From assembly GCF_009914755.1 (NCBI RefSeq), contig NC_060925.1: 64,000 bases of DNA; one strand, 5' to 3'. Below the pieces are notes generated by a model. That model did no database searches. It was not told where the DNA came from and saw only the letters and a program-made list of their open reading frames with translations. Positions 56,791-64,000 of this stretch are shown here, one piece after another. Every line of letters begins with the position of its first letter. The stretch's first letter is position 1. The stretch is from the human T2T-CHM13v2.0 reference genome, Homo sapiens. A program made the position numbers and the translations under genes.

Positions 56791-57599
56791 ATCTACTTGT
56801 AAATATTCAAATGGTCTTTCACTTGGGCATTCCAACTTTGCTTACTTCACAGTGTTTCCTGCGTAATATATAAGAAAAGATGATCCAGACATTTGTTAAA
56901 CATCTCAAATAAGATGTAGCCCAGGTATTTGTGTCAAATTTGGATTATTTTGGTTTCGTCTTTGCAGAATATAAAAAACTAACATGAGGTAAGCACTAAG
57001 GTGTGGAGATGGCTGTGCAAGAGATGACAAAGTCCAGCACCATGCTTGAGAGTGTCCAATCATCTCTTCTGGGACAGCATATTTTTCTACAATACGGATT
57101 TTTGCAAAAAAACAACATCAAAAAAAAAAAAACCTACAAGATTCATGAAACTGGACAACTGTCTTTATAACATTACCAGTGATAAAACCAGTAAGGAAGG
57201 CTGGTTTGCAGTCATCTGAGCAGCCTCTTTACTTTCATAAATATGGTTTCTCTCTGATATTAAACGGCTTCCAATTGCAAGCGGAATGCTGCATCACAAG
57301 GATAAGGATGTGAAGAGAACCGGTTTCTTTTGTAATCCGAAACATTCTAGTCTGCGAATTAAAAGCCATTATTTGAAGAAGGATGCCCCGGCTCCATCTG
57401 GCCACCGAAAGGTTGCTCCTTAACACAGGCTAAGGACCAGCTTCTTTGGGAGAGAACAGACGCAGGGGCGGGAGGGAAAAAGGGAGAGGCAGACGTCACT
57501 TCCCCTTGGCGGCTCTGGCAGCAGATTGGTCGGTTGAGTGGCAGAAAGGCAGACGGGGACTGGGCAAGGCACTGTCGGTGACATCACGGACAGGGCGAC

Positions 57600-57640
57600 T
57601 TCTATGTAGATGAGGCAGCGCAGAGGCTGCTGCTTCGCCA
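57600..57640 (+). promoter_or_regulatory. U1 distal sequence element (octamer-like ATGTAGAT and adjacent enhancer sequence)
   Basis: ATGTAGAT at 57604-57611, about 219 nt upstream of +1, as in human U1 genes. Confidence 0.85.
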
Positions 57641-57760
57641 CTTGCTGCTTCACCACGAAGGAGTTCCCGTGCCCTGGGAGCGGGTTCAGGACCGCTGATC
57701 GGAAGTGAGAATCCCAGCTGTGTGTCAGGGCTGGAAAGGGCTCGGGAGTGCGCGGGGCAA

Positions 57761-57782
57761 GTGACCGTGTGTGTAAAGAGTG
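57761..57782 (+). promoter_or_regulatory. snRNA proximal sequence element (PSE) of U1
   Basis: GTGACCGTGTGTGTAAAGAGTG starting 62 nt upstream of U1 +1, the known human U1 PSE sequence and position. Confidence 0.92.
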
Positions 57783-57822
57783 AGGCGTATGAGGCTGTGT
57801 CGGGGCAGAGGCCCAAGATCTC

Positions 57823-57986
57823 ATACTTACCTGGCAGGGGAGATACCATGATCACGAAGGTGGTTTTCCCAGGGCGAGGCTTATCCATTGCACTCCGGAT
57901 GTGCTGACCCCTGCGATTTCCCCAAATGTGGGAAACTCGACTGCATAATTTGTGGTAGTGGGGGACTGCGTTCGCGCTTTCCCCTG
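57823..57986 (+). ncRNA. RNU1: U1 spliceosomal snRNA gene, canonical sequence (paralog number cannot be assigned)
   Basis: 164 nt ATACTTACCTGGCAGGGGAGATACC...GCGCTTTCCCCTG. Intact 5'-splice-site pairing end, U1-70K loop (GATCACGAAG), U1A loop (ATTGCAC) and Sm site (AATTTGTGG). Confidence 0.99.
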
Positions 57987-57996
57987 ACTTTCTGGA

Positions 57997-58010
57997 GTTT
58001 CAAAAACAGA
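57997..58010 (+). terminator. U1 3' box (Integrator-dependent 3'-end formation signal)
   Basis: GTTTCAAAAACAGA 10 nt after the mature 3' end, fitting the GTTYN0-3AAARRYAGA consensus. Confidence 0.9.
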
Positions 58011-59148
58011 CTGTACGCCAAGGGTCATATCTTTTTCTTGTATTGGTTTGTGTCTTGGTTGGCGTCTTAGGTGTTAATCCTACAGTAGACGGTTGGGGAA
58101 TAGGAAGTAACATGTGGCCTGCACGCCATAGGAGAAAAAGCGAGCATCAGCCGTATCGGCTTTGTAACACAAATTAGCTATCGTGAAGTCCGCTCAGCTC
58201 TTCCCTTTCTACCCTGGCTGCTTTTTGCAGGGATTGGTCCGTGGTCTCCAGTCTCTTGGGTTCTCACCCTGTGTGAAAATCTTCGTGTTTTTCCCTACCC
58301 CCCAAGTCACCTCTTACACAGCCTCTGCTTCCAAGCGCAGCCCCCACAGGAGTTTGTAGGATTTCTGTGCTAGCGGGGAGTGTGTTCTCACCTCATAGAG
58401 CCAGGTAGAAACTACACAGATGGGCGCTGTTCTCTGGGAAGAAAGCAGGGCCTTTGGGGCTCTCAGTGTCCCCGTTGGGTTGTAGACATAACACGCTTAC
58501 TTTGCGTAGGGGAACGGCTCTGCCGGCCCCCAGGTGCCCTAGCGCATATGCATGGAGGCCCGCAGGTCAGAACCGCAGTCTCACCTGTCTTGGCGGAAAT
58601 GCCCTGCGATCCTCCCGGAGATAGAAGGCGGGAAGTTTTATGAGGAGCCGGTCCAGTTTCCCTACTATCTCCTACAGTTCATATATCTAGTGTTTCTTCA
58701 GACTTTAAGCGACTGCTTCATGTTTGATGTCTCACTCCCACATCCTACATCCACTGCCAGGCAACTTTCTAGATAGCACCGTGACCCATCCTTCCCACCC
58801 CCAAGAAGCCCTTTCCTATTTCTGGTGCCAGTGTCCTCCCCAGTCCCTCTTTCTTCAGGCCCTCGCTTATCACCTTCATGGACAGAAAATACTTAGCTCT
58901 CTCTCAACCTGAGGTTTACACCTGACACGCGTCAGTGCCCTGGCAAATTCCTTAATACCCCTTCTCAAATAGCACTGTAAATCATCTCTTTTTAACTCCC
59001 AGAACTATCTAATTGGTTTTGTCCCTGCACTACATGAATACTAGTATTCCACTACAGAAGAAAACCCCAGGCCTAGCGATGGTGGTTCTGGGCATTGTGC
59101 CAGCCTCTCCCAGGGTATGTTTTCTGACCTCACCTACTTTTGATCAGC

Positions 59149-59513
<365 letters not shown>

Positions 59514-59600
59514 CTATTGGCTCATGTTCCCTATGTTCTATTAAGTATCATGAGCAGAAATTGAGCTCTTTGGCTTTTACCCACTGAGTATGGCTATAGG

Positions 59601-59605
<5 letters not shown>

Positions 59606-59645
<40 letters not shown>
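59606..59645. repeat. (TC)n microsatellite
   Basis: Direct reading. Confidence 0.95.
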
Positions 59646-60728
59646 ATTCTTTGCTTCATTATTTTTTGCCATCAGTGTGGGTTTTTGGTTTTGAGGTTAT
59701 GAAGGGAATTTCTGGGGACAATCTCTGTTGGGTCGTGTTGACAAGGATCCAGTCCCTGTTTGGTGATACATGACAGCTAATCTGGTCTGTGAGTCTTCTT
59801 TATTGTCTATTTATTGTCCTGAGAATAATGGTATTTCCTGATATTTGAGACTGCAGCAATGATAAGTTTTTCAGATCTTGTCTTTCCAATGTTTGGTAAA
59901 AATTTTATAGGCCCAATTGTTGTCAATATCTGCAAGAGTGGCATCTCTGTTACAAGAGTGATCTTACTACTCGATGTCCCCCCTCCCACCCAACTTCATT
60001 TCCTAGGGGCTCTTGGCTTTAACGAATTTACTGTATCTAAAAGACATCTTAGTACAGGAAGAAAAGTAAATCTGTAGCATGTAAGGAGCAGTTTTATTTC
60101 ATTGGTATATTCAGGTTTCTAACCAGCTGAAAAATTCAAATACATGCCCTTTAAGGATTAAGTTTAAGCCACACTACAAAAAGAGAGAAGATTTATATGA
60201 TCACATATAAGCAATGGAATCAGCAATATGAGTACTTTTCACAACTATACAAATCAAATTTAATAAACTCCAGAACATTAAGGAAGTTCAGCCCTTAATG
60301 GAAATGAATGAAAAGCAATTATTCACCCACTGTTACATGCCCTGGAAAGAGAATGTCCTGCCAGACTCAAAAGAGTATCACAGTGTTACTCAGATTTTCA
60401 GCAATGAAGGCCCTCCAAGGATCTAATGGTGTTCATATTTTCAGTTTATTTCCTTCACTGATAAACATTGTTAATAGATACCATTGCCTCTGTTTTCACT
60501 TTAAGTGATGTTACTTAGCACAATTCGTTTCTTTAGAATGCACCCTAGTTTGGTGGAAGGAATTTTCCTGCTTTATAAATATAGGATATTTTCTCATGAA
60601 ACAAATTGGCATACTCTTTCAGTGAAGTGAATAGACAAATTAGATCTCTACAATTGTAAAGGAGTCACTGCCCCAATTATCTTAGGAACAATAATAATCA
60701 CTTATATAAAATTAAAATAAGAAAATTA

Positions 60729-62517
<1,789 letters not shown>

Positions 62518-62554
62518 TTAAAATTATGTGTTCAAATACATTAAATATATGGCA

Positions 62555-63948
62555 ATGAAAAGGAGGCCTAGCATGACTGACTGCATTTTGCTCCTAACCC
62601 TTCCTACCCTGTGGTGACATCTTCCAGGCTAACTGCTTTTTCTTATTTCTGCACATAGGCCAAGCTATCTATGGGAGGGATTTAGCTTACAGTTTAACTT
62701 TAAAGCACAGATGATAATAATCCCTTCCCCAAACTAACTCCTGAGAAGATAGAGAGGTTGTATACACAAGTAACAGTGTTATGCTGAAGATTTATAAGAG
62801 CAGTGTGACCTGACAAAGGACGAACAATTTTCACCATCCCCTTGGGCTCCCACTGCAGCCCATGTCTGTCATTGTCAGACCTCTTCACCTCAAGCGCCTC
62901 CTTCTTCCTCCCTTCCCTAACGTACAAGGAGCCTGAAAATCGTATTAATTTAAGATGGTTCTTCAGGATGTTACTTCACCATCTGTTCAGTTTGGTGGCT
63001 CTCTGGAATAAAGTCACCTTCCCTGCCCCTACACCTCAACCCTCCACTTATTGGCTGTCATGCAGCAAGCGGTGAGTGCAGTAAGCGGAGATCACACCAC
63101 TGCACTCCAGTCTGGGTGACCCTGTCTCAAAAAAAAAAAAAAGAGAGAGAGAGAGAAATTTGGTTTTCGAACCAGACAAATTAAATAGGAGACTTAATTC
63201 CAATGAGACCTAGAAATGTCTAAATTTCTAAAATTTCTAAAAGAACTGAGAAAATTGCCTCCATTGAGGAAGTAAGCTGAAGGAGGTAGACTGTCATGTT
63301 TTCTGATTTGAGAAATATCGAGGAGGCTTTGTCTCTTTCACCTCCAACTGCTCCTTCTCCTCTTGCCCCTGCACCTCCATAGTCTTTCTTACCTGAGCCT
63401 TCCTGTCCTGCCTTGCCTCTTCTTCCATCACCATCACCTAAGGAAAGTCCCCAGGGATCTGGTCCCTTCCCTGAAACTTCTGTTCTGACAGCCCCTTTCA
63501 AGGTAAAACCCAAACCCACAGGAAGAGGGGAGCCTACCGTTGTGTATACCACTTCACCAAAACGTGAATTAAGAATATTATAAAGAACTTCCCTGATCTA
63601 AACTTAAATATATTTCACTCTTCTGTTTCTAAAGCAGGCTCCAAAATCCTGTAGGCTTTGGCAGAAAATTTGACTTAACTGTTGAAACTTTGAGCCCAAA
63701 TATTCTGATCTTTATCAATTAATTCACATGCTGGTGAAGAAGGGAAGGCCACTAACTGGTTGCAAAAGGTAAATTGGAAGGATTTTCAAAAAGGGACTGA
63801 AGCAGAACATGAAAGGTTCACATTTTCACCAAATATCTCCAAGTTGCCATTCCCCAGGTCCTTCCTAAAAATATAGATTGGAGGATAATTCAGCATTGTA
63901 CTAAAAAGCCAGACAAATCTGTCTTTGCTTAACTAAAATGGTTTGAGA
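62555..63948 (+). mobile_element. ERV1 (MER4-group) provirus 5' relic: LTR, Alu fragment, leader and gag-like sequence
   Basis: LTR motifs (CATTTTGCTCCTAACC...TAGCTTACAGTTTAACTTT...GAATAAAGTCACCTTCC). AATTTGG PBS-like start near 63157, then a gag-like peptide (PETSVLTAPFKVKP...VVYTTSPKRELR). Confidence 0.65.
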
Positions 63949-63949
63949 T

Positions 63950-64000
63950 CCAGGTGTGGTAGTTCATGCCTGTAATCCCAGCACTTTGGGAGGCTGAGGC
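63950..64000 (+). mobile_element. Alu 5' end (runs off the window)
   Basis: CCAGGTGTGGTAGTTCATGCCTGTAATCCCAGCACTTTGGGAGGCTGAGGC. Confidence 0.85.

Larger units (their letters stand above)
57380..58650. promoter_or_regulatory. CpG-rich region around the U1 gene
   Basis: CpG-dense, with GACGTCACTTCC (CRE/ETS-like) near 57492 and ATTGG (reverse CCAAT) near 57525. Confidence 0.65.

Overview
Human (or very close great-ape) genomic DNA, recognised from its Alu, L1PA and THE1 content and a U1 snRNA gene matching the human sequence. It splits into two parts. Bases ~1-35,300 are repeat-rich sequence (L2, MIR, MLT1/MST, L1M, Tigger2, MamSINE1, a hAT transposase relic, Alus) with no recognisable protein-coding gene. 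Bases ~35,300-64,000 are a chromosome-1-type U1 snRNA/tRNA segmental-duplication cassette. In order it holds a degenerate tRNA-Val(CAC), a variant tRNA-Gly(CCC), a tRNA-His pseudogene, an L1PA 3' fragment, the FAM231 ORF, a CpG island with an intact tRNA-Glu(TTC), a U1 pseudogene with fossil promoter and 3' box, a second inverted tRNA-His pseudogene, a tRNA-Asn-body gene with a GTG (His) anticodon, ERV1 pol relics, an intact U1 gene (DSE, PSE, 3' box) and an ERV1 LTR-gag relic. The most unusual item is the anticodon-switched Asn-to-His tRNA gene at 51018-51091, which keeps its A box, B box and terminator. No novel protein-coding system is supported, and most ORF-track entries are repeat-derived or chance. 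Repeat subfamily names and edges were judged by eye and are approximate.
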